From the human T2T-CHM13v2.0 reference genome, Homo sapiens, in contig CP068257.2 of NCBI GenBank assembly GCA_009914755.4, forward strand, positions 43,712,001-43,776,000: a stretch of 64,000 nt of DNA, read 5' to 3'. Each line of letters starts with the position of its first letter. The stretch's first letter is position 1. Shown piece by piece: positions 10,231 through 25,140 of this stretch. The translations under genes were made by a program, and so were the position numbers. The notes beneath the pieces are model-generated. The model worked only from the letters and a program-made list of their open reading frames with translations, had not been told where the DNA came from and ran no database searches.

Positions 10231-13200
10231 AATTATAGCCAATGCCACAAGGTGAGACAAATGAGAGTCGTGCAGTTTGGAGAGGGTGCCTGTTATGAAG
10301 GTGTGGTCTTCCACCCAAACCCACCCTCCGGACCCCATCCTGAGCTGCCGGGGCTGGGACCCCACAAACCACATCTCTGCTCAGCCTGCCAGCATCCCCT
10401 TAGACTGCCAATAAGGGGCGCTGGAGAGACCACCAAGGTCCAAAAGGACAGGAGAGTTCAGGCGAGTGTTCTGGGTTCAGGGAGATTGGAGACATGACGG
10501 TTAAATTCCACGCGTGCTCCTGCACTGCACCCTTGGGTGGGAAGGAACATTACTGGGACAGTGGACAAGAATGGGAAATGGACTGCCCGCTAGATGGTTG
10601 TATCACATCATTAGGTGATTACACCAAGGGGCGTTCCCTGCAGGCACACGCTGAGGTCCACAGTGGGGAGTGGACATGGTGACCCCGCCTTGCTGGGGCT
10701 CAGAAGCTGGTACCTGAGATACAGCTTTGATGTGAACCGAGGCAGCCTCAAGGTCTCTCTGACCTCCCTGCTCCTGTCTCTCCCAAAGCACGAAGTTGTT
10801 CCCTGAATCTCCCTTATCTGCCTGAAGTCCCTACCGGCCAAAGAAGAAAACAATGACCCGGAATCCCCTCCCTGCGTTTCCATTAACTGAGCTTCTATCG
10901 CAAGAAGAAAGGCCGAGGTTTGTCAACACACCTGGCAAATGTCACAACCATTGTCTGCTCCAGCGGACTTTGTTCCAGGCCATTGTCCGTGCTTCAAGCC
11001 CATTGAATTCCCTAAAAATCATTTACTACCACCCTAAAGTCACCCACACTGCCCCATCTCCTTTCCCCCAAGAAGAAGGGTGCATGGCCGTCTGTGGCCC
11101 CCCGGGGTTTGGGGTAATCGTCCTCCTAAGATCCTCCATGCTATGCACATTAGAACACATGTCAGCCTTTCCTCCAGTTAATCTGCCTTCTGTGAGTTGA
11201 TTTTCCAGTGAAACTTCCGAGGGCAAAGGGGAAGTTTTTCCCTTGGCCTCTGCGCGCCTACTTGTTTTTTTTTTTTTTGGTTCTAAAAACACTTTTGAGT
11301 GAGGGAGAGGAAGTGTGATAAAGAAAATGGGGCAAAATGCACAAAGTTAGTGAGTCCGAGTGAGGTGCTCCCTCTCTATCCTCGCAACTTTGTCTTCTAA
11401 GTTTTAAATTTCAAAATATAGCAGTGAAAAGAATGAGAACGTTAAGTCCCGGAAAAGCCATGATTTCTCGCTCAGGGAAGTGGCCACGTGTCCGCGATCA
11501 CAATCAGCGAGGCTCCCACTCCAGGACTGCGAAGCGGTTCCACTGTCAAACACGCCGAGCCGGCGCGTTTCACAGCTGCCCTCAGCTCCTGCAGCTGGGA
11601 GCATGTTTTTCCAATCAGACGTTCTTTCGCAGAACAAGAATGTTCAGTTTTTTGCTTTCGGTCTCACTGTTGGTGACGCTTTCCGGCTGCGTGGGGCCGG
11701 ACACACACAGGCCCACACCACTCATTTCTCTCTTCACCAGCCAGCTTAGGATTGCTTGACCACTGAATGCATATTCCCACACGCCGGGCACTCTCAGGGC
11801 ACGGGGGGTGTCAGGAGCAAGACAGCGAGCTGGCCCCTGCCGCACCTGTGGGCTGCTGGGTGGAGAGTCCTGGTTTCACAGCATGTCCAATGTGGAAGGA
11901 ATAGACAGGCCCCCGGGGTCCTGTGGTTTTCAAAGTCTTCAATCCGTTTCGTACACGGCAGCACTGGGATAAACGAGGCCCAATATGTGAAGCGAAAAGC
12001 AGCCCTGATCTGCCTGAAGGGGGAGCTGCCCCGGGACCTCCTGAGTCCCATGCCCTCTCCTGAGCCCCTTGATCTCCCATGGGGGCCCCAGGGACCAGGG
12101 CACTCAGGGCAGCCAGCAACTCGGGCCCCACACTCGGGCCTGGTGGTTGATGCCGGGAAGGGCCCAGCTGCACAAATGCTGCCCGATGGGTGAGGCTCGA
12201 AGCACAAGGGGCAGCCTCTCCCGGAGCAGCCGCGGCCCCCATCAGGCCACCTTCTCCAAGCCCCTTCTCTCCATGCTTTGTTTTGCTTTTTGTGTGTGGT
12301 GGACACATGAGTGACCTCCCGCCAACAAATCTGACCAGTGATGACTAGCGACCATTCCTGGCTGCTCTGTGAACCGGGGCCCCGTCCACACAGAGAACCT
12401 GGATTCACAGCCAATTCCAGGACTGAGAGCTTCGCTCAGGTCAGAGCCAAGATCCGGGGATCCAGCCGTTCCACCACTGGCCACATGTTCCTTGGTACCC
12501 GAGCCTCTGCTGCCCGGGGGGACCATCGAGCCAGAGCCCCCAGGTAGGCGAGGGGCCTGGGTGGAATATGACGGAACAAAAGATGATGGAACAAAATAGC
12601 CTCATTATTTCACACCAAGTATGGAAGAGCAGTTCCCCCAACTAGCATGTTCTGTGTCATGTTCCACGGCTGTTGGCTGTGAGCACAGCCTGGCCACACA
12701 ACTCCATGAATAGGTGCCACCACTATCCCTACTTGACAGAGCAGGAAACTGAGGCACAGGGAGGCTGCACAGCTGAGCAGCACAGAGCTTGGATTTGCAG
12801 CCGGGGAATCGGACGGCAAAGCTGTAGTCCACCAGCTGCCCAGAGGACCACAGAGAGGTGTGGGGCCTAGGACAGTGCGCCTGAGGGTCCCAGCCTTTGG
12901 GAACCCGGGGCATAGCCCAGGAATGAGAAGCCGAGCAGATGGACAGGGAGGGGAGCATCCTGGCAGCAGAGGTGGCTTAGGGCATCTGAGGGGGTGGGGG
13001 CCAGCCCTGCAGGCCCTGGGAAGGCGGGCTAGTCTGGGCGCAGAGCAGGAGAGCGGCATGGAGTGGGGTCTGTGCGTGGGTTGCCCCTGCACTGGAAGCA
13101 GCTAGGGGCAGGGCCAACCCCACTGAACCTTCCCAGGGTTCGCAGCCCCAGGGAGATGCCTTCCTCAGCTCAGCTTTTAATGCCTCCTCCGGCACTCCCC

Positions 13201-14204
13201 ATTGCAGCCCCAGGAGTCCCTCAAGGGGCTATACCTCCCACTCCCTCATGCTCACCAGCCAGAAAATGCAATGGAAAAAAGGACCTCATATTCACAGTTG
13301 CAGGCACACGCAAACGTTAACACAGGCAATCTGCACTGTGTATGGCCAAACACGAGTGAACTTTTAAACTGCAGTGTGAGCTTTAGGCACTTGGAGGGCG
13401 GGAAGCCCCACATCCCCTGACCCCTCACGCGTCCATCCCTCTGTCCTCATGGTCACCGGGTGAGGCCTCGGGGACAGGGAAACTGGACGGGCCCCACTGC
13501 TGTCCTGGGCCTTCCTCCCGTGCAGGTGATAAGGAGGTGAGAGCATCGTGACGGCTGGCACAGGCCTGAGAGGGAGGGGATGGGGGCTGCTCTAGGTGGG
13601 GTCGGGAGGCCCCACTGGGGAGATTCCTCCAGGAGACCCAGAAAGCTGGAAGCCACCAGCCTATGCAGAGGGCGCTCCCTCCTCATGGATACAGTCCCCA
13701 GAGAACCCCCCCCGCAAGGGCCTTAAAGCGAAGGCTTGTTCTGAGGTTCACCAGGACAAGCAAGTGTGGCTTTGCCCTCTTGCCATCCACACCCCTGGGA
13801 CATCCAATCAGGACCAGTGATCGTCCACTGCCTAGACCAGACCCAGTCATCCCCGAATTCATTACGTGGGAACTGAGGAGGGGGCTCCAGGCAGGGGGAT
13901 CGTGCAGGTGGTCTTGGTGTCCAGGAGGCCTCACAGTATCCACTCACCGCCGTCTCCACCCCCTCAGGCACAGGTCCCTGTCCTCATCCTCATCAGTGCG
14001 GTCCCACAACTCAGGTGCGGCCCCCACTCCCCTTCCCGCCACCCCCCTTCCCCGGCCCTGCCGCCCTTCCCCGCCCAGAGGGAAACATGAGCATCTCAGA
14101 ACAAGAGACAAAGCCCAGGCATTCAGGGAGGATAAAGGGGGAACGCAGCCCCCACCAAAATCTTCCCCAGACACAATGAGGTTTTATCAGCCCATTGTAT
14201 TAAG

Positions 14205-14835
14205 CAGAATACGAGTCCCATAAAGCCCCCACACCCTGCTCCCTCCCAGGAATGTGTGGCTCTGTGCAGAGGGGACTGGTCACTGTGACGAAGGCCAGGC
14301 ACTCTGACACGGGAGGTCTGGTTATCTGCTGGTAATCCTTAGGGGCCCTTATCCAGGGAGGCAGGAGGGCCCGGGGGAGGCACAGGACTGCAGCAGGGAC
14401 TGTGGGCGGGGAAAGTGGGAGAGCGATTCTCCTGGGGGGCCAGGAGGAGCGGGCCCTGCCCACCCCAAGTGACTCCTTAGGAGCCATGAGATAATGAATC
14501 TTTTTTTTTTTTTTTTTTGAGATGGAGTCTTGCTCTGTCGCTCAGGCTGGAGTGCAGTGGTGCGATCTCATCTCACCGCAACCTCTACCTCCCGGGCAGT
14601 TCTCCTGCCTCAGCCTCCCAGTAGCTGGGACCACACATGCCCGCCACCACGCCTGGCTAATTTTTGTATTTTTAGTAGAGATGGAGTTTCAACATGTTGG
14701 CCTGCCTGGTCTCGAACTCCTGACCTCAGGTGATCCGCCTGCCTCAGCCTCCCAAAGTGCTGGGATTACAGGCGTGAGCCACCGCGCCCGGCCGGATCTG
14801 TGTTGTTTTAAGCCACTGAGTTTGTGGTCATTTCT
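14205..14835 (+). mobile_element. MaLR-type LTR (3' half) interrupted by an Alu insertion
   Basis: The sequence ...ggagccatgagataatgaatc leads into the Alu, and after it comes gatctgtgttgttttaagccactgagtttgtggtcatttctcacagcagccacagggaactcatacaaa, the canonical LTR 3' end. Confidence 0.4.
14503..14795 (-). mobile_element. Alu SINE, antisense, nested in the LTR
   Basis: A (T)17 run leads gagatggagtcttgctctgtcgctcaggctggagtgcagtgg ... gcctcccaaagtgctgggattacaggcgtgagccaccgcgcccggcc. Confidence 0.9.
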
Positions 14836-17149
14836 CACAGCAGCCACAGGGAACTCATACAAACGTGGAAGCAGATCATTTCAGGGGAATTGAAAATATG
14901 CCACAAATGGAGAAATGCCACAAAAAATTTTAAGTTAATAAAAATCGCACAGATAGGAAGAGAAAGTATTATCATCTATGAAGGGAAGAGCTTCGGGGGC
15001 TGTGGCTCTGAGAGCCTGAGCAGAGGGCAGAGCTGGGTGGCTGGTGAGGACGCTGGGCCAGCTCGGGGGCTTCCATTAGGAGCCAAGACCAGGTCCTTGT
15101 GTGTCCCTGGGGCAGGGTGAGGGGTCTGGGGTGCTGTGGCCTCGCAGGTGGCGGGGGCGGCCAGAGACCACTGCTAAGATCAGCCTCATGCTCTGTGCGA
15201 GGGCTGAGCCGAAAACAATCTTGGGGGCCCCACCTCGAGGCCCCGGGGTAGGGAGGAGGGGAAGCTGATGCACTTATTCCTGGAGGCTGAGGGGAGGGTG
15301 CCCTGGGGACCCTCCCTGCTATTAGAGACTGCGCAGGCCGCTACCCCAACCCCCTCTTGTCCCAGAGACAGGACAGGAGAGACAGACGGGAGAGGCAGGC
15401 AGATGCCTCCAGCAGCCATGGGACAGAGTCCAGATGTCTTAACGGCCGCATAAAATGGGGCATGTGGGCTACCCAAGGAGTGGCCCAGGACTCACAGGAA
15501 GCCACCCTCCCGGGCTGGAATCCCAAAAATCCAAGCCCCACTCGCAGTCCTAAGTCTTCCTGCAGAAAACCTCTCCCCCTGGATAAGCAAAGATCCCTGT
15601 GAGCTCAGCCCGACCCCTGCCTAGTCCCTGCTCCCAGCTCCGCAGTCTCCAGGCAGCCATGGTGCCTCTGGCTGAACCATCCACCTGAGGACCCATACGG
15701 GCCAGAGCCAGTGCTTGGGGTCCCCAGCGGCCTCCCTCCCTGCTGCCTCAGCTGCCCCTCTACAGCCCTGGTCACCTGCAAGTCATCTGGCCAAGAAGGC
15801 TGACCCAGAGGCCGGACTGCCTAGTCACGCCGGCAGGGCCCCTCGCAGGGGCACGCTGACAGCAAGGAGGCTCTTAGTGAAACTCAAGGATCTTGGCAGG
15901 AGGTGAAGGCGGTGCCCGAGCCCCCCTGCCTGGCGTGGCCTCAGTGAGCTCCCTGCCCTGCAAGGTTTGGATTTCAGGTCCTAGGCCAGCTCCCCACTGT
16001 CCTGCCTGTCTGAATTCCAACAGATTTTATTTGAAAATGTTGCTTTTAGCCCAGCGTCACCTCTGAGCTGCGACTTTATGTTCATCATGTGCTTCTTCCC
16101 CCACTTCTACCTGCAGACCCAAGAGCAGGGCCGGGTCTCCTCCCCTTAGGAGCAGGGTGAGGGGGTCTGGGAAGCCCCCGCCCACCTCCCTGATCACCTG
16201 GCCCCAAGCTCTGCCCAGGCCCCCTACCTGCATCCAGCCACACCCCACCTGTCCCCAGACCCAGGACATACCACCCCTCTCACGTCAGCACCTTTGGGGT
16301 GGCATCAGGACTTTGGGGACAGAGCAAGCGTGGAGAGGGGACCCCTCCTTGTGAGCAGGAGAGAGAAGCAACCTGACCACACCAGGCGGGGAGAGAGAGA
16401 GAGGTCATCCGGAAAGAGCTGCCGGTGAGCTCATTCCACAGGGGTGCTGGGACCCCGAGGACACAGCCCTGCCTGTCCCAGGGCCCAACAGTGACTGCAG
16501 TGAATGTCCTCAAGCATCAGCTGCTCGATGGCAGCCGGGGTTTCTGACTGACCCTGTGGGGTTTTCTCCATCAAATTCCTTTGAACATCTTTGTCCTTAA
16601 CGATCCTGACTGATCTCAGTTGTTTAGGCCTCTTCTTGGCTGCCAGGCGCACACTCAGGTGTGCTTTGCTTTTAAACGCTGAGAAACCCTCGGCAATGTT
16701 TTCTTTTCTTTTGAACATCACTACAGCAGCCCCCAGGAGGGGTGGGTGGTCCCACCGACAAGGGCCCCCAGGGCCCACAAAAGGCCACTCTCTCATCCCA
16801 AAGTGCATCGTGCCCTGAGCCTGGAAGTCGGGTCTGGCCTTCAAGTAGGAGAGGCCAAGCCCCACAGAACCCCCAAGGGCGAGCGGGAGAGTGGGCGAGT
16901 GGGCGCTTCCCCGACGCCCCTCCTTGGGGCTCAGCGTCACCCTCCCGGCCTGAGTCGGCCCCTGCTGGACAGCTCTGTTCCTGGGTTTGGTGACAACTCT
17001 CCCACACCCAGGGCTGTGACTTGGGGACACTGGTCTGTGGAGTCTGTGGATTCTGCGGACACCTGGTCTGTCACAGAGAAGCCCCGTTAGTCCTTTTTCC
17101 CAGCAAGAACACAGTCAGGGAAAGACCTCCATCTCCACGGCCTCCTCAC

Positions 17150-17900
17150 AAAGACACTGTGAAGACTGAAAAATTAAGCCACACAGTGAGAGAAGCTACC
17201 GTACGTGTCATTTCTTAGGATTCACGGAGGTCTTTTGTCGAGAATGTATGAAGAACTCTGACAAATCAATGAGAATAAAGCACCCGGCTGGCAGAGGCAG
17301 GGACAGACCGAGGCGCGTCGCGATGTGGGTGTCCGGTGAGCACGTGGGAGGGGCCCAACCTCACCCATCGTCCGGGAGGTGCAGACTAAACCCTGAGACG
17401 CCGTCCTACCCCAGAGAGGCCAACATTTCAAAGATCCACAGTTCCAGGCGGTGGGCAGAGTGCCACGGCCGGTGTGGAAAATGGTGGCTGGCATCCACTC
17501 CAGTCTAACGTTTCGTACCTGGGACCCGGCAGTCCCAGGCCTCAGTGTGTGTTCTGGGTAGGAAGCACCTACTGGTGTTCACCCAAAGACATGAGATTGT
17601 TTATAGCATCATTATTCCCAATACCCCTGAACTGGAAAGAACTCAGATGACCACTGGCAGTGGGGTGGGGGTGGAACAGCCACGTAATAGAACACGGGGT
17701 GGCGATGAAACCAGCTCCTGCAATGTGCAGCCACATGGCTGCATCTCACAACCGGGAAGCACCTGTCAGGAGGCACTGTCCCTCCCAGCCTTCTGCAAGC
17801 ACAAGGTGGGCACCTGGGAGGAAGGATACCCTTCATGCTGCGGCCGGGGGCCTCGCCCACTCTCCACACCCAGCCCCGGCCCAGCCACAGCCTGGCTTGT
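17150..17900 (+). repeat. Inverted-duplication arm A (partner at 22690-23428, reverse complement)
   Basis: The stretch gtcgagaatgtatgaagaactctgacaaatcaatgagaataaagcacccggctggcagaggcagggacagaccg is ~95% identical to the reverse complement of 23270-23345. Near-identical ORF peptides appear on opposite strands (17248-17508 + and 23072-23347 -; 17545-17907 + and 22700-23035 -). Confidence 0.85.
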
Positions 17901-17904
17901 GCTG

Positions 17905-18060
17905 TGACCACTGCTCCTTCTCTCGCTAGACTGGGTGCTCCTGAGCGTGGACACTGGGCCTCTGGTCATCTGTGTGAGCTCTGCGTGGTGCCTGACACAC
18001 AGTAGGAGCTTGGCGAGTGTCTGCTGAGTCAATGAGAAAGGAGTGTAGGGCCAGAAACAC
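17905..18060 (+). mobile_element. MIR SINE 3' fragment
   Basis: The sequence gtggtgcctgacacacagtaggagcttggcgagtgtctgctgagtcaatgag resembles the MIR 3' end (gtgcctggcacatagtaggtgctcaataaatgtttgttgaatgaatga). Confidence 0.5.
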
Positions 18061-19187
18061 GGGCCGACGGCTCCCTGCCAGTGAGTCACTCTCGGGGCAC
18101 TGCTGAGTCATAAGTTCCTTTCACTTTGGATGGATTTTTAATTGTATGTTCTGAACAGATGGAAATTTCTTGGCTGTTGGGAGTCAAACTGTGGATATTT
18201 GGTGAGTGTATCCAAAAGGAAGTGGCCGCAGTATGAGTCACCCAGGCCATGTGAACTTTGATGGGGGAAACAGAACCAGCAACTTCTGCTGGTTCACGAC
18301 CAAAGGAAGCAGTGCCGGAGCGTGAACAATGGGGTGCAGGCGGCCAAGTTCTGAGTGGCTGCTGGGAGCGCTTTCCCACTGTCTGCGGAGCCCGTGACAC
18401 CACAGTGTCCCTCGAACATGCGGGGATGGCCGGCCAAATCACCCAGCCCGCTTTCACGAGCGACCGCTGAGCTGTGTTGCGGCAGTCCCTCCCAGGGCCG
18501 CTGGGCCAGGCCCAGCTGCGGGGTAGAGGAGAGGATGGGGAGAGGGGCCTGAGATGGGGCAGGGAAGTCTGTGAGCTCAGCCCGGGACCTGGGGCCAAGC
18601 ACCAGGAGGCCAGGGGGAGTCTCCAGGGGCTGGGGCTGGAGCCGCATCAGAGAGGAAAGGGGTGTTTGAAAAAGGGGCAGGGCCTGGGACCCAGGAAACT
18701 GTTCTTCCAGAGACACCCGTGAAGCTGAGCTTTGCCTCTCAGGGAAGCTGTGACCCCACGGGTGCTGCCCAGAGAGATCGGGCCAGGTGGAGCCAAGATG
18801 GACTGGAATTCCCCGACGGGGACAAGGGGCCGGACGAGGCTGACTTGCCCTGTCTGATGAATGGTCAGGTTTGCTTTTTCTCCTGAAAACACGAGGCAGT
18901 GATCCCGGCCAGCTAATTCCAGCAGACTGGAGACGGGATGGTGGAGAATGAGGCTGTGGGCGGGAAGAGCAGATGGGACTCGCCAGCATCCTCACGGCAG
19001 GGCCGCGCTATTGCCCTCCCTCCCCTCCTACTCTCTGGGGTCCCAGGAGCCCCAGATACGCAATGCTGCCAGGCGATTTCTGGCGCCCCGCAGACCCCTG
19101 CCCCTGGAGTTGGGCCAGGTCCCGGCTGGAGCAAAGGGGGCTCCTTCAAGCCCGCTCCTCCCTGTCAAACCCGAGGAGCCTGACAGG

Positions 19188-19358
19188 CGCAGCGTCACCA
19201 GCGTCACCGGGCCATAGTGAGCGGCCAAGCCAGCGTCACCGGGCCATAGTGAGCGGCCAAGCCAGCGTCACCGGGCCATAGTGAGCCGCCAAGCCAGCGT
19301 CACCGGGCCATAGTGAGCCGCCAAGCCAGTGTCACCGGGCCATAGTGAGCGGCCAAGC
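19188..19358. repeat. 32-bp minisatellite, ~5.3 copies
   Basis: The unit gccagcgtcaccgggccatagtgagc(g/c)gccaa repeats head-to-tail with 1-2 substitutions per copy. Confidence 0.9.
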
Positions 19359-20116
19359 CTTGGTCTGCCAGAGCCGGCCGCACCAGAAGGATTTCTGGGT
19401 CCCCAGTCCTGGAGGAGCACACGGTTTACACCAGGCCTTGGGAGGGGAAGAGGCAAGGCGTGGGCCCAGCCCTCACTCCCCAGGAGAAACCCTGTTTGAG
19501 CGGCAGAGGAGACTGGAGAGACCCCAGGGCGGGGATCCCTGAGAGGAGAGAAACCCGGAATTCATCCACGGAGGCGTTCACCCAGAGGAGACCCGGAGCT
19601 TCTCCAGGAGAGGCTGGATTGCTCCAACAGGGGCCCTGAGGAGCTGATGGCAGGAGCGGAAGGCAGCTCTGACTCGTGCGTCTGACTCCAGGTGTGGCCG
19701 TTGGGGCTACAGTGGGACCAGCCTGTTGTCACTGAACCCACAAAGTGCCTCCGAGCGCGGGTGGAGAGAGGGGGACCTCCCACCGTCTGCTGGCCTTGAA
19801 TCTTGAATCTAATTCCCGTCTGTGCTTTGATGGGAGAGGCACTGGGAGCGGGCGGCTTTTTCAGTTCCTTTTATCTTGAATGGCCTTTGGGGGATTTTCA
19901 CAGATTCTGAGTTCAAAGCCCAGGGAGGTGTGGGAACGTGACATTCCTCACCGCATTCCTCACCGCATTCCTCTGTAAACCAGGCGGTGTTGGCACCCAT
20001 GAGCCTGTGTCTTCTATGACATCAGGAGTTTTATCCCTCACGTCAGAAATCAGGGTTCCAGGCGCCTTGGTTTTTCTTGGCGCCAGCGGCTTGGCTATAG
20101 AAGAAAAACTGAAGGG

Positions 20117-20522
<406 letters not shown>

Positions 20523-22689
20523 TCAGCGGCGGGGCGGGTGGTGGTGTGCACTCGGCCCCTCTGAGATGCGAGGTTGCAGTATTGGCATGTATGAGAGGTG
20601 GTGCGTGAGCTGCTTCCAGGGAGGTGCTCCCACTGGGTCGCCTGGTGAGGGGGACAGCCTGGCGGGGTTGGCCGTGGCACAACCTCCTTCTGGCAGCGAA
20701 GGACCCTCAGGCCGAGGGCTGACCAGAAGTCAGCATGGGCTCAGATGCGTTTCCAGCCCACTATGGGAAGTTCACACAGAATTAAACAGAGGAGTGAGAG
20801 TCCGACCCCCTCCACCTGGCCCCGTTCTCCCGGCCACCTCACGGGTCCTTGGGGTTCAGACTCAGACCTGTGGGGTGAGAGAGAGCAGAAGGTGCTGGGG
20901 AGAGGAGCTGGAGGTTGGAGAAGGGAGGTTGGATGCAGTTGGCGGCCCTCCAGGCTCTGGAGGGTCAGTGGGGCCTGGGAAGAGAGCAGCCGCAGAGGTG
21001 ACTCAGGCCCAGCTGGCGGGGGAGGGACGCAGCCCTCACTGCAACTGGACGTGGGGTGGGGATCCCAGGCCTGGTCCTCCTGGCTCTGGAGACCAGCAAC
21101 CAGCCTGGCCTCTGGGGGCCACTTCCAGCCAGTGCAGTGCTGTGCGTCCCACGCCAGCCTTTCCCCGACCTCTGCACCAGTTCCCTCCACGCCCGGCCCA
21201 TGGGCATCCGGCCCCAGCCGCTCATTCCAGATATAAGTACACGTGAGCCCCTCTCCCACTGCTGGCTGCCAAGGCTGGGCTGTGGGGTGGCGCCTTCTAT
21301 CTCTGCAGATTCCTCTCCTCTCTGCCTCTGCCTGGTGAAACACTCCTCCATAACCATCATGTACAGTCCCTGACGACTGCACAAAGGCTAGGGAAATAAG
21401 GGGACCCCTGGGAAAGGTACTCCTGGGGGTCCCAGATGGGGAGGTTCTGATGCGTGTCCAGGCATGGCCAGCGTGGCTGAGGAGACGAGGCTGGGTGTCG
21501 CCTGGAGCTCCAGCAGGGAGACCAGGCATCCTGGAGGCTGTGCCTGGCCTGTCCGTCCCACACGGGGCAGAGCTAACCCAGGCCACATTGCTGGCCTGCC
21601 ATGCACTGTGCAAAAAGCATTTGGAGAGAGAAAGAAAAGTTTGTGTCCTCAGTTACAAGGCACAGGGTGAAGTCCTTGTCCTTGGGATCCCATGGTCAGC
21701 CCCTGGGCGTGGCTTTTGAGCCCAGTGGGTCCAGAGGGGACTCAGTGAGGTCTTGTCTTGCAGAGTGTGTGTGGCAGTGAGGGGAAGAGGTTCATCTGCT
21801 GCAGGGCCTGGGAACTCCTGACACTTGGTGTGGCCTTGACCACCGGGAGCAAACGCAGTGCACACGGCAACCGGCTCTGACAAGGCAGATGCTCCTGCCC
21901 AGGGCAGGTCGGACCCTGGCTGAGGGAGACACAAACCTGAACGGGCTCTGACAAGGCAGATGCTCCTCCCCAGGGGGTTTCAGACTCTGGCTGAGGGAGA
22001 CACAAACCTGGGAGTGGAGGGGAGTTTAGCACTGGATGGCCCACATGCAGCTAGGATGGCCGCAGTACCCAGGCTGGAGCGAGCGGCTTCTGGGGCCCAG
22101 GAGAGGCCCTCGAGCCCGCTGTCCTCCCGGCTGTCATCTCCTGGCAGGGATCTGCTGGGGAAATAGAATCTGACGCAACGTATTTTCCAACCCAGAAAAC
22201 CTCTTCAGAAAGGTGGAAGAGAAAAAGCAATTCTATTACTGAGTAAGCGTTAAAGCCAGAATGCGAGGTGCGGCTGGGGCAGCCCACTGAAGGCATCGCA
22301 GAGACAGAAACCTCACTCCTTACAGCCGAGTGAACACTGAGCACCTGTGCCTTCAGGGGGGTTTGCAGTTTGGCGAGTGAGGCCCGCTGCTCTGAGGCGC
22401 TAATCTCCCAAGGAAACGTTCCTGAGTTGAGCCTGGGCAGAGGCTTCCTTAGCTAGAAAACAGATTTACATACATTTGAAAAGGACAGAGAAAGACTTAG
22501 AAGAGAAGAGAAGAGGGAGACTCTGTCCTTATTCTGCACAGGGAGGACGGTGTGTGTCCTCAGTTCCTCGCAGGCCACCCTGCAGCTCTCCTGCTGGGCA
22601 GCCCATGGGACACAGAGCGAGAGGACGGTTTGGAGGTGGAGGAAGCGAGGGAAGGACCCTGAGTTGGCTGGGACGTCCAGGCACCGTGG

Positions 22690-23428
22690 GGATGGAGCCT
22701 TATGCCCGGGGCCCCTGGGAGAAGGGCTGTAGTGAGCCACAGCACAAAGGACATCCTTCCTCCCAGGTGCCCACCTTGTGCTTGCAGGATCCTGGGAGGG
22801 ACAGCGCCTCCTGACAGGTGCTTCCCAGTTGTGAGATGCAGCCATGTGGCTGCACATTGCAGGAGCAGGTTTCATCGCAGCCACGTGTTCTATTATGTAG
22901 CTGTTCCACCCCTACCCCACTGCCAGTGGTCGTCTGAGTTCTTTCCAGTTTAGGGGTATTGGGAATAATGCTGCTATAAACAATCTCATGTCTTTGGGTG
23001 AACACCAGTAGGTGCTTCCTACCCAGAACACACACTGAGGCCTAGGACTGCCGGGTCCCAGGTACGAAACGTTAGACTGGAGTGGATGCCGGCCACCGTT
23101 TTCCACACCGGCCGTGGCACTCTGCCCACCGCCTGGAACTGTCAATCTTTGAAATGTTGGCCTCTCTGGGGTAGGTCGGCGTCTCAGGGTTTAGTCTGCA
23201 CCTCCCGGACGATGGGTGAGGTTGGGCCCCTCCCACGTGCTCACCGGACACCCGCATCGCGACGCGCCTCGGTCTGTCCCTGCCTCTGCCAGGCAGGCGC
23301 TTTATTCTCATTGATTTGTCAGAGTTCTTCATACATTCTCGACACAAGTCCTCTGTGAATCCTAAGAAATGACACGTACGGTAGCTTCTCTCACTGTGTG
23401 GCTTAATTTTTCAGTCTTCACAGTGTTT
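22690..23428 (-). repeat. Inverted-duplication arm B (reverse complement of 17150-17900)
   Basis: See arm A. Collinear reverse-complement identity continues from ...cactgtgaagactgaaaaattaagccacacagtgagagaagctaccgtacgtgtcatttcttagg through to ggaaggat(a/g)(c/t)cc(t)tt(c/g)(a/t)tgctg(c/t)gg. Confidence 0.85.
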
Positions 23429-23583
23429 TTGATAACAGAAGTCCTTAAACTTCATGTAGTCCTTGTGATACACTCTTCTGGTATCTGTGTAAGATATCAT
23501 GATTATATATTTCCTTATTTCACATTCTAAAATCTCTATTATTTTATCTTGAGAGCAATAATCCATATGGAACTGATACTTTA

Positions 23584-24042
<459 letters not shown>

Positions 24043-24529
24043 CTACTTTGACATCATGGCAACTGTAGTGGCTTTCTTCTGCTTGGTGTTTAAATGATAT
24101 ATTTTTGCATTCCTTTACTTGCCATTTTTCTGTGTGTTTTTTGATGTATCCCCCATAAACAGAATATTACTGGATTTTGCTGCCTTCTCTAAACCAAGTC
24201 TGACAATGTTTGAGTGTTTGCTCACTTGCCATTGATGTAACCTCGAATATGTGGGGTTTCCACTGCCATCCTGCAGGTGGGCTTCCCTTCCTGTTCCAAG
24301 TTCCTTGTCTTCTCCTTTATCTTCTTTCTTGTTTTATTACCTATCTTTCTATTATTTTATACTCTCCTTCTATTCGCTTGCTTGCTACAGATTCTTTTAG
24401 TGTTCTATTAGTGGTGACTTCAGAAATTACAATATGCATCTTTGATTTTTAAGAATCTAATGGAAGTTAGTTTTTTACCTCTCCCCAGACAACGCCAGGA
24501 CCTTTGAACTCTTTAATTCCATGATTCCT

Positions 24530-25140
24530 TGTGATAGATAGAATGACCCCTCCCCCAAAGATGTGCTTGTTCAAATCCCTAGACCCTGTGAATATGTTAT
24601 GTTACATATTACACAATTGAAAAGAGACTTTTAATGAGGGTTGCGGTCTTATGACATCATCTGGACGGGCCCAGCCTGAGCACGTGAGCCTTCGAGGGCA
24701 GAGAACGTTCCCTGGCCCGTGCTGGAGCGATTCACTGGCTCATGATACGGAGATCATCTGGACGGGCCCAGCCTGAGCACGTGAGCCTTCGAGGGCAGAG
24801 AACGTTCCCTGGCTCGTGCTGGAGCGATTCACTGGCTTGGAAAAGAAGGGGAGGATGATGGGGAATGTGGGACCTTCAGGAGCAGAAGCCCCAGCTGACA
24901 GCCAGGAGGGAGAGGGGGCCCTGGGCTCACAATTGCAAAAACCTGAATTCTGCCGACAACAATAATGGGCTCAGAAGCGGGTCCTCTCCCAGGCCTCCCG
25001 CTCAGAGCCCAGCCGGCCAACGCCTGGACTCTGGCCGAGAGACTCTCGGCAGCAAATCCAGTGGAGCCCCCCGACTTCTGACACCAGAAACCGTCTGTGA
25101 GTGCAGGTCTGCGTTCTCAAGCCGCTAAACTCACGGAGAT
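24530..25140 (+). mobile_element. Diverged MaLR/MLT1-like LTR copy (tentative) carrying an internal tandem duplication
   Basis: The 5' part ccccaaagatgtgcttgttcaaatccctagaccctgtgaatatgttatgttacatattacacaattgaaaagagacttttaatgagggttg and the 3' part gacttctgacaccagaaaccgtctgtgagtgcaggtctg follow the same LTR family layout as 7185-7525. Confidence 0.35.
24655..24840. repeat. 97-bp tandem duplication, ~1.9 copies
   Basis: The stretch catctggacgggcccagcctgagcacgtgagccttcgagggcagagaacgttccctggc(c/t)cgtgctggagcgattcactggc occurs at 24658 and again at 24755. Confidence 0.75.
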